Below are positions 27,806 through 38,325 of a stretch of DNA of 64,000 bases, piece by piece (position 1 is the stretch's first letter; each line of letters starts with the position of its first letter). The stretch comes from Candidatus Aminicenantes bacterium (lineage in GTDB: Bacteria; Acidobacteriota; Aminicenantia; Aminicenantales; JAFGBC01): assembly GCA_963702005.1 (NCBI GenBank), contig OY969696.1:2400001-2464000 (forward strand), given 5' to 3'. The position numbers and the translations under genes were made by a program. The notes beneath the pieces are model-generated. The model was not told the DNA's origin. It did no database searches and saw only the letters and a list, made by a program, of their open reading frames with translations.

Positions 27806-29239
27806 CTAGCGGGCGACTTTAATCAAGCGGCCCGCTTCGGGCGTCGCCGAGAGGTCCCTCCCGTTCAGGATGGCGAAACGGGGCCAGAGGTCCTTGGTTA
27901 CGGTCTCGCTCTGGAGCAGCGATTCGAGAGTCCGGCGTCCGTCGGCCCGGATGATCCGAAGCCGAAGGGGCTTGCGGTCGAGGTGGGCCCGGTCGCGCAG
28001 GACGCCGAAGGACCGGACGATCCGTCCGAATTCCGGCTCGAAGCGACCGAAGTCGGCGGCCGTCGAGACGGCCCCGCAAAAGAATATCGTGGCGTCCTTG
28101 CGGATATAAGAAAGCCGGGCCTTGAGCGGTTGCTGGTTCTCCTGCTCCTGTCCGGGAAGATCGACCGTTTGGTGGTAGGAGGCGAGGCCGTTGATAAAAA
28201 AGCTCTGGTCTTGGATAAGCCGTCCTCCCTTGATCCCGGCCAGCTTCTTTTGGGCGTAGGCGGGAAGGGCCTCGCCGCTTTGCTCGGACTGGAGCCAAAA
28301 GGCCCCGTCCCCCTTCGGCGAGCTCAGGATGACCCGGGCGGCCGTGTTCTGGACCTTCCATCCGGTCGGGAACTGGAAGCTGAACTCCATCCCGGGATGG
28401 TAGAAGGCGTTGCCTTCGACGTATCCTTGGCGCGGATCTTCGCCGTAGACGAGGTCGTCGATCCGCTTAAGGTAGAGGTCCCGTCGAATCCAGCGGCGGT
28501 CATCGTCGGCAATGAGTAGAGCCCTGACGTTTTGGATTCTCTCCTTGGTCAGAGGATGGGTCGACAGGAAGCCGGGCAGGGGACGCTGGCCCGACAAATC
28601 GCCCATCCGCTGCAGGGCCTCGAAAAAGACGGCCATTTCGGCCGGATTGTAGCCCGTGCTCCGCTCGTATTCGACGCCGAGAGCGTCAGCCTGACGTTCG
28701 TCGTCGCGGCTGAACTTGAGGAACAGGAGCTGGGCGCCGACGCCGACGATCCCGGCGACCTTGGCGAAGTCTTTGCTCAGGGCGCTTCCCAAGCCGAGCC
28801 CGAGCTGGACGAGCATGATCTGGCTCATCTGGCGGACGCTGTGGCGGGCGCTGATGTGGCCTAGCTCATGCCCCAGGACGGCGGCCAGCTCCGCTTCGGA
28901 CCCGGCCAGGGCCAGGATCCCCCGCGTCACGTAGACATAGCCGCCCGGGGCGGCGAAGGCGTTGATGACGGGGTCGTCGATGATGGCGAAATGGTAGGCG
29001 AGTTGGGGCCGGTGGGTGTGGGGGACGAGGGCGCGGCCGACCTCGTCGAGGTAGCTCTCCAAGGCCGGGTCCCGGTAGATCCCGTATTGTCCGCGTATAT
29101 CCGCGTCCGTGGCCTTCCCCAGCTCGATCTCTTGGCTCTCCGAGATCAAGCTCAGCTCGCGCTTGCCCGTGACGGGATTGATGGCGCAGGCGACGAGGAC
29201 GGCCAGACATACGACCAGAATCCAGAAGGACCTTCTCAT
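27806..29239 (-). CDS. M48-family metalloprotease lipoprotein
   Basis: Lipobox LVAC, NAFAAPGG, HELGH, ERQAD, LSTHP. Confidence 0.88.
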   Translation of the reverse strand: MRRSFWILVVCLAVLVACAINPVTGKRELSLISESQEIELGKATDADIRGQYGIYRDPALESYLDEVGRALVPHTHRPQLAYHFAIIDDPVINAFAAPGGYVYVTRGILALAGSEAELAAVLGHELGHISARHSVRQMSQIMLVQLGLGLGSALSKDFAKVAGIVGVGAQLLFLKFSRDDERQADALGVEYERSTGYNPAEMAVFFEALQRMGDLSGQRPLPGFLSTHPLTKERIQNVRALLIADDDRRWIRRDLYLKRIDDLVYGEDPRQGYVEGNAFYHPGMEFSFQFPTGWKVQNTAARVILSSPKGDGAFWLQSEQSGEALPAYAQKKLAGIKGGRLIQDQSFFINGLASYHQTVDLPGQEQENQQPLKARLSYIRKDATIFFCGAVSTAADFGRFEPEFGRIVRSFGVLRDRAHLDRKPLRLRIIRADGRRTLESLLQSETVTKDLWPRFAILNGRDLSATPEAGRLIKVAR

Positions 29240-29251
29240 CCTAATCCCTCC

Positions 29252-29287
29252 AATAAAGAATCCCCGGGCGGCGGGCTCCGGGGATTC
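29252..29287 (-). terminator. Putative intrinsic terminator
   Basis: GAATCCCCGG/CCGGGGATTC 10-bp stem followed by TTTATT on the minus strand. Confidence 0.5.
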
Positions 29288-29313
29288 GAAGATTCAGGCC
29301 GGCCTTCGGGCCG

Positions 29314-30045
29314 TTATTTCGTCATCTTGAAGAAGGAATCCTCGAGGCCCGAGTTGTAGGTGACCTTGGTCACGGTCATCTTCATAAACTCCTGGCCGTC
29401 CTGGTAGATCGTGATGGAATGAGGGACCGGGACCCCCTCGACCGTCTTGTAATCGGAGAGGGTCGTTTCGGACTGGACTTCGACCCCCATTTGATTGAGG
29501 GCCTTGGTCCGGGTCTTGTAGGGCAGGTAGGTGTCCTTGTCGAGAAGCAGCGTGTTCTTGTTGCCGTCCTTGAAGCTCTGCTCGAGGACGATGCAGTCTT
29601 TGTCGTCAACCTTCTCCGTCCCCTTGAGCTCATAGGTGATGCCGTATTTCTCGGGATGGAGGAGGGTGTCGTTGCCGTAGGCCTGCCGCTTGAGCTCCTG
29701 AGCCTGGGCGTCGGGGAGCTCCTCGCTGGCGCCCGTCTGCGGATTGACCCACCAGCCCTTCTCGCCGTCATAGGCCTGGGTGATGACCATGCCCATGACC
29801 TCGATGTCCATCCGCATCATGGTGGGCTCTTTCTGGTACATGGTGATGGATCCGTTCATGCCCATCTGGATCATCTCCATGGTCCCGGTCATGGTCGAAT
29901 CCTTGATGGCGGCCAGGGTTTTCTCGCCGCCGTCGGCCTCGATCATTTTCTTGAGGACGTCCTGGGCCGTCTGGCTCCAGAGGGAGCCGGTGACCGTCGT
30001 CGCCAGGACGAGCAGGGCCAGGATAATAGTTGCGCGCTTTCTCAT
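29314..30045 (-). CDS. Exported LolA-like / outer-membrane lipoprotein-sorting fold protein
   Basis: Signal peptide, AYDGEKGW, LSDYKTVEGVPVPH, NSGLEDSFF. Confidence 0.6.
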   Translation of the reverse strand: MRKRATIILALLVLATTVTGSLWSQTAQDVLKKMIEADGGEKTLAAIKDSTMTGTMEMIQMGMNGSITMYQKEPTMMRMDIEVMGMVITQAYDGEKGWWVNPQTGASEELPDAQAQELKRQAYGNDTLLHPEKYGITYELKGTEKVDDKDCIVLEQSFKDGNKNTLLLDKDTYLPYKTRTKALNQMGVEVQSETTLSDYKTVEGVPVPHSITIYQDGQEFMKMTVTKVTYNSGLEDSFFKMTK

Positions 30046-30178
30046 CTTTGCCTCCTATAGAAGTTCGGATTGACGCGATGTCGCATTTTAATACGAATAT
30101 TGTATCTAAAAGTTAAGGATTTTCCAAGGCCGGACCCGGGTTGATTTCGGGCCGGGCTTCGGGTAAAAGGTAAGTGCC

Positions 30179-31522
30179 ATGGCTTCCGGATATCGGGTTC
30201 TCGAACGGCGCCTGGGCCCCTTCGACGCCGCCATGATCGTGAGCGGGGCCATCATCGGATCCGGCATCTTCATGAATTCGGCCGAGAGCGCCAAGTTCCT
30301 CCAATCCTCCTCCCAGCTCCTGTTCGTTTGGGCCGTGGGCGGCCTCGTCGCGTTCCTGGGCGCCCTCTGCTTCGCCGAGCTCGGCGCCCTCTACCCGCGG
30401 ACCGGAGGCCAGTACGTCTATCTTGAGAAGGCCTTCGCTCCCTGGCTCGGGTATTTATTCGGCTGGACCCTATTCAGCACGATCCAGACCGGGGCGATCG
30501 CCGCCGTCTCCACGACCTGCGCCCGGTTCATCGGCGTCTTCATCCCCATGACCGGCTGGCGGACGAGCCTCCTGGCCGTGGGCATCATCTGGCTTCTCTC
30601 CTTCGTCAACATCGTGGGGATCCGTCCCGGAAGCGTCGTCCAGAATGTCTTCACCGGCCTCAAGATCGCGGCCTTGGCAGCGCTCATCCTGATCGGCCTG
30701 GCCTGGTTCCGTCCTCCGGTTTTTCATCCCGGCCCGCTGTTTCCGGGCGGACTGACCTTTCGGGTCCTGAGCGCCTTCGGGCTGGCCCTGATGCCGGCCC
30801 TTTTCTCCTACGGCGGCTGGCAGAATCTCAACTTCGTAGCGGGCGAGGTCAAAAAGCCCGAGCGGACGCTTCCCTTCGCCATCGTGTCCGGCGTTTGTCT
30901 GGTCATCGCCGTCTATGTCCTGGCCAACGTCGTCTACGTCAAGGCCTTGCCGCTGGGCGCAATCCAGGGCTCGACCAAGCCCGCCTCCGACGCCGTCCAA
31001 GCCATGGTCGGAAGCCGGGGAGCCATGTTCGTGGCCTTGGCCGTCATCGTCTCGACCTTCGGGATCACCAACGTCTTCATCATGACCGGTCCGCGCGTCT
31101 ACTATACGATGGCCAAGGAGCGCGCTTTCCTGCCGTTCGCGGGCCGGCTCGATCCCCGCTTCGGGACGCCCGCCCTGTCGATCGTCCTCCAGTCCCTCTG
31201 GGCGACGATTCTGCTCTTCAGCAACACCTACGGCCAGCTCCTCCAGTATGTGACCTTCGGGGACTGGATCTTCTTCGGCCTGACTGCGCTCGCCCTGATC
31301 GTCCTTCGGCGCAAAATACCCGACGCTCCGCGGCCCTACCGGACCTGGGGATATCCGATCGTCCCGGCCCTATTCGGCCTGATCTCGGCCGCCGTCGTCG
31401 TCAACGTTTTTATCTCCTCTCCCGGCAAGTCCCTGGCCGGGACCGCCATCATCCTGGGGGGGCTTCCCCTGTTCTGGTTGGTCCGGAGGCAACGGATAAA
31501 GGAGTCCTCCGATGCGCTTTAG
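30179..31522 (+). CDS. APC-family amino acid permease
   Basis: IIGSGIF, FAELG..PRTGGQYVYL, SYGGW, EVKKP, RPYRTWGYP. Confidence 0.9.
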   Translation: MASGYRVLERRLGPFDAAMIVSGAIIGSGIFMNSAESAKFLQSSSQLLFVWAVGGLVAFLGALCFAELGALYPRTGGQYVYLEKAFAPWLGYLFGWTLFSTIQTGAIAAVSTTCARFIGVFIPMTGWRTSLLAVGIIWLLSFVNIVGIRPGSVVQNVFTGLKIAALAALILIGLAWFRPPVFHPGPLFPGGLTFRVLSAFGLALMPALFSYGGWQNLNFVAGEVKKPERTLPFAIVSGVCLVIAVYVLANVVYVKALPLGAIQGSTKPASDAVQAMVGSRGAMFVALAVIVSTFGITNVFIMTGPRVYYTMAKERAFLPFAGRLDPRFGTPALSIVLQSLWATILLFSNTYGQLLQYVTFGDWIFFGLTALALIVLRRKIPDAPRPYRTWGYPIVPALFGLISAAVVVNVFISSPGKSLAGTAIILGGLPLFWLVRRQRIKESSDAL

Positions 31523-31609
31523 TCCCCTCGAATACATCGAGTTCTCCAAACTCCGGAGCCAAGCCAGAATCGCCCTGGCCCGGAGCGGCGTTCCAGGCGG
31601 GAATCGGCC

Positions 31610-33025
31610 TCAAGCCCCGCTCTTGGGCAGTCTCCGGGCCGTCGAGTCTTCCTCGGCCTCGGCGAGCAGCCGGTAGGCCTTGAGCTTGTTGTAGAGGGTC
31701 GTCCGGGAGACGCCGAGGAGGCCTGCCGTTTTCTTGATGTTGCCCCGGCTCAGCTTGAGGACTTGGCTGATATAGGCCTTCTCGATCTCCTCCAAGGTCT
31801 GGGGGTGGTCGCGGTCGATGAGGGGAAGTCCGGCTTCAACGGCCGGGAGATGGCGGAGGTAGCGAGGGAGATCATCGCCGTCGATGAATTCCTTCTTGCA
31901 GAGAAGGACGGCGCCCTCCATGGCGTTTTCCAGCTCGCGGACGTTGCCGGGCCATTCGTGACGCAGGAGGGTCTTCTGGACCTGAAGGGAGACGCCCTTG
32001 ATGTTCTTGTGGAATTCCGCGTTGAAGCGATCCAGGAAGTGACGGATGAGATGGCGGATGTCCTCGCGGCGTTCCCGGAGGGGCGGCAGGTGGATTTCGA
32101 TCCGGTTGAGCCGGTGGAAGAGGTCCTCGCGCATGGCCTGGGTTCTGACGGCGTCCCGGAGATTGCGGTTGGTCGCGGCCACGACGCGGACGTCGGCCCG
32201 CCGGACCTCGGTCGATCCCAGGGGACGGAACTGATGGTTCTCGAGGACGCGGAGGAGCTTGGCCTGGACGGGGAGGGGGACCTCGGCGATCTCGTCGAGG
32301 AATATGGTCCCTTGGTGGGCTTCCTCGAAGAGCCCCCGCTTGTTGCGGTCGGCTCCGGTGAAGGCGCCCCGGATGTAGCCGAACAGTTCGGACTCGAATA
32401 GGTTGTCGGGAATCGAGGCGCAGTCGCAGACGACGAGCGATTTATCCCGAAAGGGACTCAAATGGTGGAGGGCCCGCGCGACCATCTCCTTGCCTGTCCC
32501 CGTCTCGCCCGTGACCAGGACGCTTGAATAATGGGGGGCGATGTTCTCGATCAGGGCGAAGACCTCGAGCAGGGCCGGATTCTTGCTGATCATTCCCTCG
32601 AAGACGTATTTCTGCTCGAGTTCGCGCTCTAGCTTGAAGGTCTCCCTCTTGAGCGTTTTCTTGTCCTCGATCCGCTTCAGGATCCGGCCGATCGCCAGCC
32701 AGTCCAAGGGCCGTTCCAGGACGTCGGTCGCGCCCTGCCGGATCAGGACCGAAGCCGGCTCGGACCCGGGAGCGGGCCCGACGATGATGACGTCGATCAG
32801 GGGGTCGATTTTCTTGATTTCCCGGAGAAGCCTGACGGATCCCTTGGAGTCCTGTTCGATGTCCAGGATGACGAGGCGGACGCTCTCGGTCCGGATTAAG
32901 GCCGTATAATCCTCGTCGGGGCGGCAGAAGGAGAGGCGGACCTCGGCGGGGAAGAATCCCGCATCGGGAGGGGCGGGGAGAGCGCTTCCCCCGCTTATGA
33001 CTAAGACGCTCAGAGACGCTCCCAT
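31610..33025 (-). CDS. Sigma54-dependent enhancer-binding regulator (degenerate receiver, AAA+, Fis HTH); start uncertain
   Basis: GETGTGKE, ESELFG..GAFTGA, FLDEI, WPGNVREL, LGVSRTTLYNKL. Confidence 0.88.
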   Translation of the reverse strand: MGASLSVLVISGGSALPAPPDAGFFPAEVRLSFCRPDEDYTALIRTESVRLVILDIEQDSKGSVRLLREIKKIDPLIDVIIVGPAPGSEPASVLIRQGATDVLERPLDWLAIGRILKRIEDKKTLKRETFKLERELEQKYVFEGMISKNPALLEVFALIENIAPHYSSVLVTGETGTGKEMVARALHHLSPFRDKSLVVCDCASIPDNLFESELFGYIRGAFTGADRNKRGLFEEAHQGTIFLDEIAEVPLPVQAKLLRVLENHQFRPLGSTEVRRADVRVVAATNRNLRDAVRTQAMREDLFHRLNRIEIHLPPLRERREDIRHLIRHFLDRFNAEFHKNIKGVSLQVQKTLLRHEWPGNVRELENAMEGAVLLCKKEFIDGDDLPRYLRHLPAVEAGLPLIDRDHPQTLEEIEKAYISQVLKLSRGNIKKTAGLLGVSRTTLYNKLKAYRLLAEAEEDSTARRLPKSGA

Positions 33026-33073
33026 GGGCCGACCTGCCGGTATCTTAGCAATTTCCCCGGGGTTTGACAAACG

Positions 33074-36000
33074 TCAAGGACGCTCCTTGCGGGCCGTCCG
33101 GGCGATGGTGCCGGGGCGGCTTCTCACGAACTGGATCCGGACCCGGCCCTGGACCTCCTCCTCGATCCGGCCGACCTCAAACTGTGCTTGGGCCAGATAT
33201 TTGAGATGGGCCCGAAGGTAGGCGAGGCCCTGTTCGCACAGCGAGCCGAGCCACTCGCCGCGGGCCGTTTCGTCCATGACTTCGGGCGTTTCCTCGGCGA
33301 AGGTCATCTGGCTTCGGAGCGTCAGCCGCGTTTCTTGGGGGGAGCGGCGCCGGGCATACAGGGCGAGGCCGTCGCCGAGCTCGAGGTCGGTCAGGGCGGG
33401 CTGCCAGCGGGCCGCCCAGCGCTCATAGCGGTCGTAAAATTTCTTGTTGGACTTTCGGGCTTGTTCGTTGCCCTGCATCTCCTCGATGATGAATCGTTTC
33501 AGGTCCTCCCCCGCCTCCTTCCATCGCCGGTAAACGGGCAGGCTGGGCGCCCGGAAGTAGGCGTGCCAGCCGCGCGGGATCCAGTAGTCGCGGAACAAGT
33601 AGGGAGCATAGTCCGAGAAAGGCTGGACCCATTCGTGCGAAGGGGAGCCGTGGAGGTTGAGATAAATGTCCGGAAGCCAGGTCTCGGCGAGCTTTTTGCG
33701 GACGGCCGCCTCGGGCGCGGTCGGCCGGTCCGCCGCCGCCGGGCCGCCGATCTCGAGACCCAGGGCGCCGTAGCGGCCGGCGTGAAGGCTGTGATAGGGC
33801 GTCAGCGCCTGGAGGGCGAAGGCCAGCTCGGCGCCGTCCGGATTCTCCATGGGCTCGATGACGATGTTCATCCGCTTGGGATAATCCTGATAGGCTTTGT
33901 CCCGGGCCAGGAGCTCGGCCAGTTTGAGCGAATAATTGGAAGAGGCGACCTCGTTGGCGTGCTGCCGTCCGCTGATCTGAAGCGTCGGCTTGAAGGTCAT
34001 CAGCCGGGGGACGGAAACATAGACGTCCCGGGGCGCCGTGATCTCCAGGACCGGGATGTCCCGGTCTTCATAGGAGCGGCCGCCCGAATAAGCTTTGATG
34101 TCCTTCAGCCGGCCGAGACGGCGGACGATAGCCCAGGTTTTTTCGTAGGATAAAATCTGATCGACGGGGACGATCGGCCCGGCCTCCTCGTTTTCCGGGA
34201 CGGCGCGCGCTTCGGGCGCCGGACCGGCGACGATCAAGATTTCATCTTTCTCCAGCTCTTTTGCTCTCAGCCGCAACGTCAGAGTTCGCAGGCCGGGATA
34301 GCCGAGCGAACGGACCAGAAGGCCCCGGTCGAGCAGGTCCCGGTAGGATTGAAGCCAGTCGATGAGCGTCAAATAATCGGCCTCGGACTCGCAGTCGAGG
34401 ACGGCCGTCAGGTTCTCGAGGCGGTTTTCCCGGCCGTCATAGATAAACGAAAGGAGCGGGCCCGGCTTGACCTTGAGGTTCGGCCAGGGGACGGTCTTGC
34501 TGACCTCGTCGCGTCCCTTTTCTTTCCAGCGGAGGATCAGCTGGGGGGCGGCGGCCGGCCAATCTTCGAAGGTCACCCGGACCCGGCCCGGCCGGCCCTC
34601 GAGCGAGGGATGGATGAGGGGGAGGACGTTTCCCGGCGCGGAGAAACGGGACGTGTCTTCCGGGAGGTCCTTGTCGTCCGGGTCGAAACGGGTGATTCCC
34701 CTCAGGAAATCCAACGTGTCGAAATAGATCTCGTCATGGATGGCTTCGAGGCTGCTGACCATCTCTTCGTCCAGCCCGATCCGCTCGTCCGGCTCGCTGA
34801 GCCAGAGTTCGACCTCGAGTTTTTTAAAAAAGGGCTGCTTGGAAAAGGTCGGTTCGCTCCCCGTTTTTTTGAAGACGTGATTATAGACGAGCGGCAGAAC
34901 TTCGGACTGGTAGAAATCCCAGAAGGTCTCGAGGTCGGTTGCGAGGGGGACATCGACGAGGACCCGGCCGCCCTTCAGGAGACGGACCCAGCCGGTCGTC
35001 GTCCGGACCGTTCCCCATTCGGGCAGAATGGCGAGGAAGGGGATGTCCTTAGTTCGGGGCGAAAAGGCTTGTTCGAAGAGGACGGCGCTCCGGTCGTCGA
35101 GGGCGACGGCCCGATAGACGGGCGTCCCGGCCGGCGTCATCTCGAACTCGATCCGTTCCAGGGGGAGCCCGAGTTCGCGGGAGATGATTTCATCGGCCGG
35201 GTAGAGTTCCTGAAGCCAGCGCGACGGTTCGGCGTAGATGCGCTTGGGACGGCTGAAATCGTCCCGGTCCTGGGCCCAGTGGATGACCAGGCGATCCACC
35301 GGTTTCCCCTTGAGGGCGGGGAGGACCTTCTCGATGAGCCAGAAGAAGCCCTGCTTGTAGGCCGAGCAGACCTCGACTTCGGACCCGGGCCCGCCCGCCT
35401 TGGCGATGATGTCTTCAACTTGTTTTTTGAGCCTCTGGCGGACCGGGGACGATTCGCTCAGCCCCAGGCTGACCTTGAGGGGCGATCGGTCGTCGGGAGG
35501 GAGGGTGGCCAGAGAATCGCCGAGGATTTTGAGGGCGGCCTCGGCCTCCCAGGGGAGTTCTTTATCCTTGCTGAAAAGCGCCGTGCCCTCCTTGAGTATG
35601 ACCGAGGCGACCTGGATCGACCCAGCCTTGAGGGACGAGCTGAGCGACTTCTTGACCCAATCCTCGTAGTCCGGATTCTTGCTGGGAAGGACAAGCTCGA
35701 CCCGGACGGACTCCAAGTCCTTGTCGCGAAGGTCGGAAACGGCCTTGGCCAGAGCCCGATCCATGAAGGCCTCGGCGCTTCCGTTCTCGCCCTTGAGGAA
35801 TTTCTCCAGGCCGGCGGCGACATCGGCCAAGCCGGGAGCCCCGGCGCCGTATTCGGTGAAGTAGGGGAAGGTCTGGCCGAGGTAGGCGAGGGCCTTGTCG
35901 ACGGCCGCGTCATCGGCGCCCAGGACGGCGAGGGCGTTGGACTCTCCGAAGGCTTTGGGAACGACTTGGACGGAGGCCTGCGCGCTTTCGAGCGGAGGGA

Positions 36001-37225
36001 CCTTGAGTTTCGCGCTCCGGATGAGCTCTTGGCTTAGGCCGTTGAGTCCGATGAGTATGGGAGCCGCCAGGGCCTTCTTATGCTCGACCTCCCGGTCGAG
36101 CATAACCAGAGGAAAGGACGCGCCGGCCGTTTCGAGGACGAGCCGGGAGGCGAGCTGAGGCAGATTCCTCAGGCTCTGGGCGGATGGGACGACGATCGAC
36201 GTCTCGACGTCGTCCGGGACGGTGTCCTTGTCGACGTCGCCGTAGACGCCCCGGATCGAAAGAAGGGACAGCAGATCGAAGTCCTTGCCTTTGAGGTCCC
36301 GGCGCGGCGCTTCCTTGAATCCGGGGGTCAGGATCCGGCCCGGGACGCCCATCCTCGGCAGGTCGAGCGAAAGCGTTTTTTTCCCATAGCGCAGGTCGAA
36401 ACCGATCGTGGCGCAGCCGGGATAGCACAGGACGCCGGTCCGGACGCCCTTGGCCCTTTGATCGCGGAGAAGCTCCAAAGCCTTGAACGCCTTCTCCTGG
36501 TCCCCATCGTCCGTGAAATGGATCTCGACGTCGAGGCGCTTGATTCCGCCCGTTTGGAACAGGAATGTCTTGCCCAAATCGCCCGTGACCTCGCCCAGCG
36601 GGAATTCATACAACGCGGAGGCGATCACGGTTTTCTGGAGATGGATGCCCTCCTCTGCCAGAAAACGATCGATGTCTTTTTCGAGAGAAAAAAGGGTCGG
36701 ACCGTCCTCCCGTCCCCAAACGTCCCAGAAATAGGGCCAGCGCAAGAAGAAAGCGCGACCCGTCTGCAGAAGGGCTTCATCGGAGCCTCCGATGACGGCG
36801 ATCCCCCTCCGGCGGTTCTTGGACGCAAACACAAAGACCAAGCCCTGGATGGGGGTAAGCGCCGCGGCCGACGGCCGGGCGTCCTTGAGGATGTCCCTGA
36901 CGGCGGATGAGCCCGAGCCGATGATTATCAGATTCTCGAGGCCCTGGAACTTGCCCAGGTCCGATTCCCGTTTAACGAGCGTCAGGTCAACGGACAGGCT
37001 TTCCAGGTTGGCCCGGGCGGCGATATCCGAGGCCAAGGCCATTTGGGCGGCCGTCGGCTGATCGGGAACCACGATCTGGAGTGCGATCCGGTCGGGCCAT
37101 CCGTCGCCGTCCGTATCCTTGAGGCTCTTTCCGGACAGGAAGACATGAGAGAGGCTCGAGATCTCGGCGAACCCGAACTGGAGGGCGATCATAAACAGGA
37201 CTAGGGCAACCCCCGATTTTTTCAT
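33074..37225 (-). CDS. Large exported protein with C-terminal M14 zinc carboxypeptidase-like domain
   Basis: Signal peptide; GRSYEDR, GRQHANE (HxxE), NPDG, LNLHG; 1383 aa. Confidence 0.72.
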   Translation of the reverse strand: MKKSGVALVLFMIALQFGFAEISSLSHVFLSGKSLKDTDGDGWPDRIALQIVVPDQPTAAQMALASDIAARANLESLSVDLTLVKRESDLGKFQGLENLIIIGSGSSAVRDILKDARPSAAALTPIQGLVFVFASKNRRRGIAVIGGSDEALLQTGRAFFLRWPYFWDVWGREDGPTLFSLEKDIDRFLAEEGIHLQKTVIASALYEFPLGEVTGDLGKTFLFQTGGIKRLDVEIHFTDDGDQEKAFKALELLRDQRAKGVRTGVLCYPGCATIGFDLRYGKKTLSLDLPRMGVPGRILTPGFKEAPRRDLKGKDFDLLSLLSIRGVYGDVDKDTVPDDVETSIVVPSAQSLRNLPQLASRLVLETAGASFPLVMLDREVEHKKALAAPILIGLNGLSQELIRSAKLKVPPLESAQASVQVVPKAFGESNALAVLGADDAAVDKALAYLGQTFPYFTEYGAGAPGLADVAAGLEKFLKGENGSAEAFMDRALAKAVSDLRDKDLESVRVELVLPSKNPDYEDWVKKSLSSSLKAGSIQVASVILKEGTALFSKDKELPWEAEAALKILGDSLATLPPDDRSPLKVSLGLSESSPVRQRLKKQVEDIIAKAGGPGSEVEVCSAYKQGFFWLIEKVLPALKGKPVDRLVIHWAQDRDDFSRPKRIYAEPSRWLQELYPADEIISRELGLPLERIEFEMTPAGTPVYRAVALDDRSAVLFEQAFSPRTKDIPFLAILPEWGTVRTTTGWVRLLKGGRVLVDVPLATDLETFWDFYQSEVLPLVYNHVFKKTGSEPTFSKQPFFKKLEVELWLSEPDERIGLDEEMVSSLEAIHDEIYFDTLDFLRGITRFDPDDKDLPEDTSRFSAPGNVLPLIHPSLEGRPGRVRVTFEDWPAAAPQLILRWKEKGRDEVSKTVPWPNLKVKPGPLLSFIYDGRENRLENLTAVLDCESEADYLTLIDWLQSYRDLLDRGLLVRSLGYPGLRTLTLRLRAKELEKDEILIVAGPAPEARAVPENEEAGPIVPVDQILSYEKTWAIVRRLGRLKDIKAYSGGRSYEDRDIPVLEITAPRDVYVSVPRLMTFKPTLQISGRQHANEVASSNYSLKLAELLARDKAYQDYPKRMNIVIEPMENPDGAELAFALQALTPYHSLHAGRYGALGLEIGGPAAADRPTAPEAAVRKKLAETWLPDIYLNLHGSPSHEWVQPFSDYAPYLFRDYWIPRGWHAYFRAPSLPVYRRWKEAGEDLKRFIIEEMQGNEQARKSNKKFYDRYERWAARWQPALTDLELGDGLALYARRRSPQETRLTLRSQMTFAEETPEVMDETARGEWLGSLCEQGLAYLRAHLKYLAQAQFEVGRIEEEVQGRVRIQFVRSRPGTIARTARKERP

Positions 37226-37276
37226 CTGTCAACTCCTCGAACGATGCGATTGTTCCGTCAAGGTATCATAAAAGCT

Positions 37277-38269
37277 TCATGAAAAGAGGCCGAGAAGACC
37301 CCCGGTGTGCCAGAAGAGCACATCATCTCCCCGGCCGAAGACGCCCCGGCGGGCATAATCAAGGAACGCGGCCGCGGCTTTGCTCGTGTAGACCGGATCG
37401 AGAAGAATGCCCTCCAGGCCGGCGAATAATCGGGCCGCCTCATCGGATTCCAGCGTGGGGATGCCGTAACCCCCTCCCCGGAAGCGGTCCTCCACTTCGA
37501 GCTCCGCGTCCGGGACCGAAATCTTCGAGCCCAGCCGGGCGAGAACGGGCCGGAGGACGGCGAGGGCGTTCGCCCGGACGGCGTCGGCGGGATCATCGGG
37601 GCTGACGCCGATGATCCGGAGCGAGGAGCGGCCGAAGAGACGCCGGCCCGCTTCGAGACCGGCCTGGGTTCCTCCCGACGAGCTGGCGATGACGACGGCG
37701 GCGAGCCGGATACCGGATTTTTGCGCCTGCCCGAGGAGTTCGCGAAAGGCGGTCACATAGCCCAGGGAACCGACCGCGTTCGAGGCGCCCAGGGGAATTC
37801 GGTAGACGCGGGCGCCCTTCGCTTCGAGTCCGGCGGCGACCTCCTCCATCCGGTCGGCCCGCTCCTCGCGGGAGCGGACGAGATGGATGTCCGCGCCCAG
37901 GCGCTCGGCGACGAGATAATTCCCCCGGGGCGGGAGCGGGGCCTCGCCGTTGAGGACGAGAATGCAGCGCAGCCCCAGCCGCCGGGCAACCATAGCGGTG
38001 ATCCGGGCATGGTTGGACTGGACCGAGCCGACCGTGATGACGGCGGCCGCCTTTCGACGGCGGGCGTCGGCCATGATGTATTCGAGCTTCCTGAGCTTGT
38101 TGCCGCCGCCCAAAAATCCCGGGTCGTCGTCCCGCTTGATAAAGAGGCGGGGCGCGAGGCCGAGGGTCCTCCGGAGCCGGCCGCATTCCTCGAACGGGGT
38201 CGGCAGGTTCGCCAAGAAAATCCTGGGAACGGATAGAAGACGCATCTCGGCGGTTTTAAGGGCGGTCAT
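37277..38269 (-). CDS. D-cysteine desulfhydrase-family PLP enzyme
   Basis: IKRDD..GGNKLRKLEY, QSNHAR, SGGTQAG, DPVYTSK, WHTGG. Confidence 0.88.
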   Translation of the reverse strand: MTALKTAEMRLLSVPRIFLANLPTPFEECGRLRRTLGLAPRLFIKRDDDPGFLGGGNKLRKLEYIMADARRRKAAAVITVGSVQSNHARITAMVARRLGLRCILVLNGEAPLPPRGNYLVAERLGADIHLVRSREERADRMEEVAAGLEAKGARVYRIPLGASNAVGSLGYVTAFRELLGQAQKSGIRLAAVVIASSSGGTQAGLEAGRRLFGRSSLRIIGVSPDDPADAVRANALAVLRPVLARLGSKISVPDAELEVEDRFRGGGYGIPTLESDEAARLFAGLEGILLDPVYTSKAAAAFLDYARRGVFGRGDDVLFWHTGGLLGLFS

Positions 38270-38313
38270 GACTTCACTTCATTTATACATTCACGGACTC
38301 GGCCAATTCAAGG

Positions 38314-38319
38314 TATAAT
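38314..38319 (+). promoter_or_regulatory. -10 box of a probable leaderless transcript
   Basis: TATAAT ending 6 nt before ATG 38326; no SD. Confidence 0.5.
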
Positions 38320-38325
38320 TCGGCC

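Noticed and set aside
37277-38269. ACC deaminase
   Set aside because: It has DPVYT and HTGG rather than the DPVYE and HLGG residues diagnostic of ACC deaminase.
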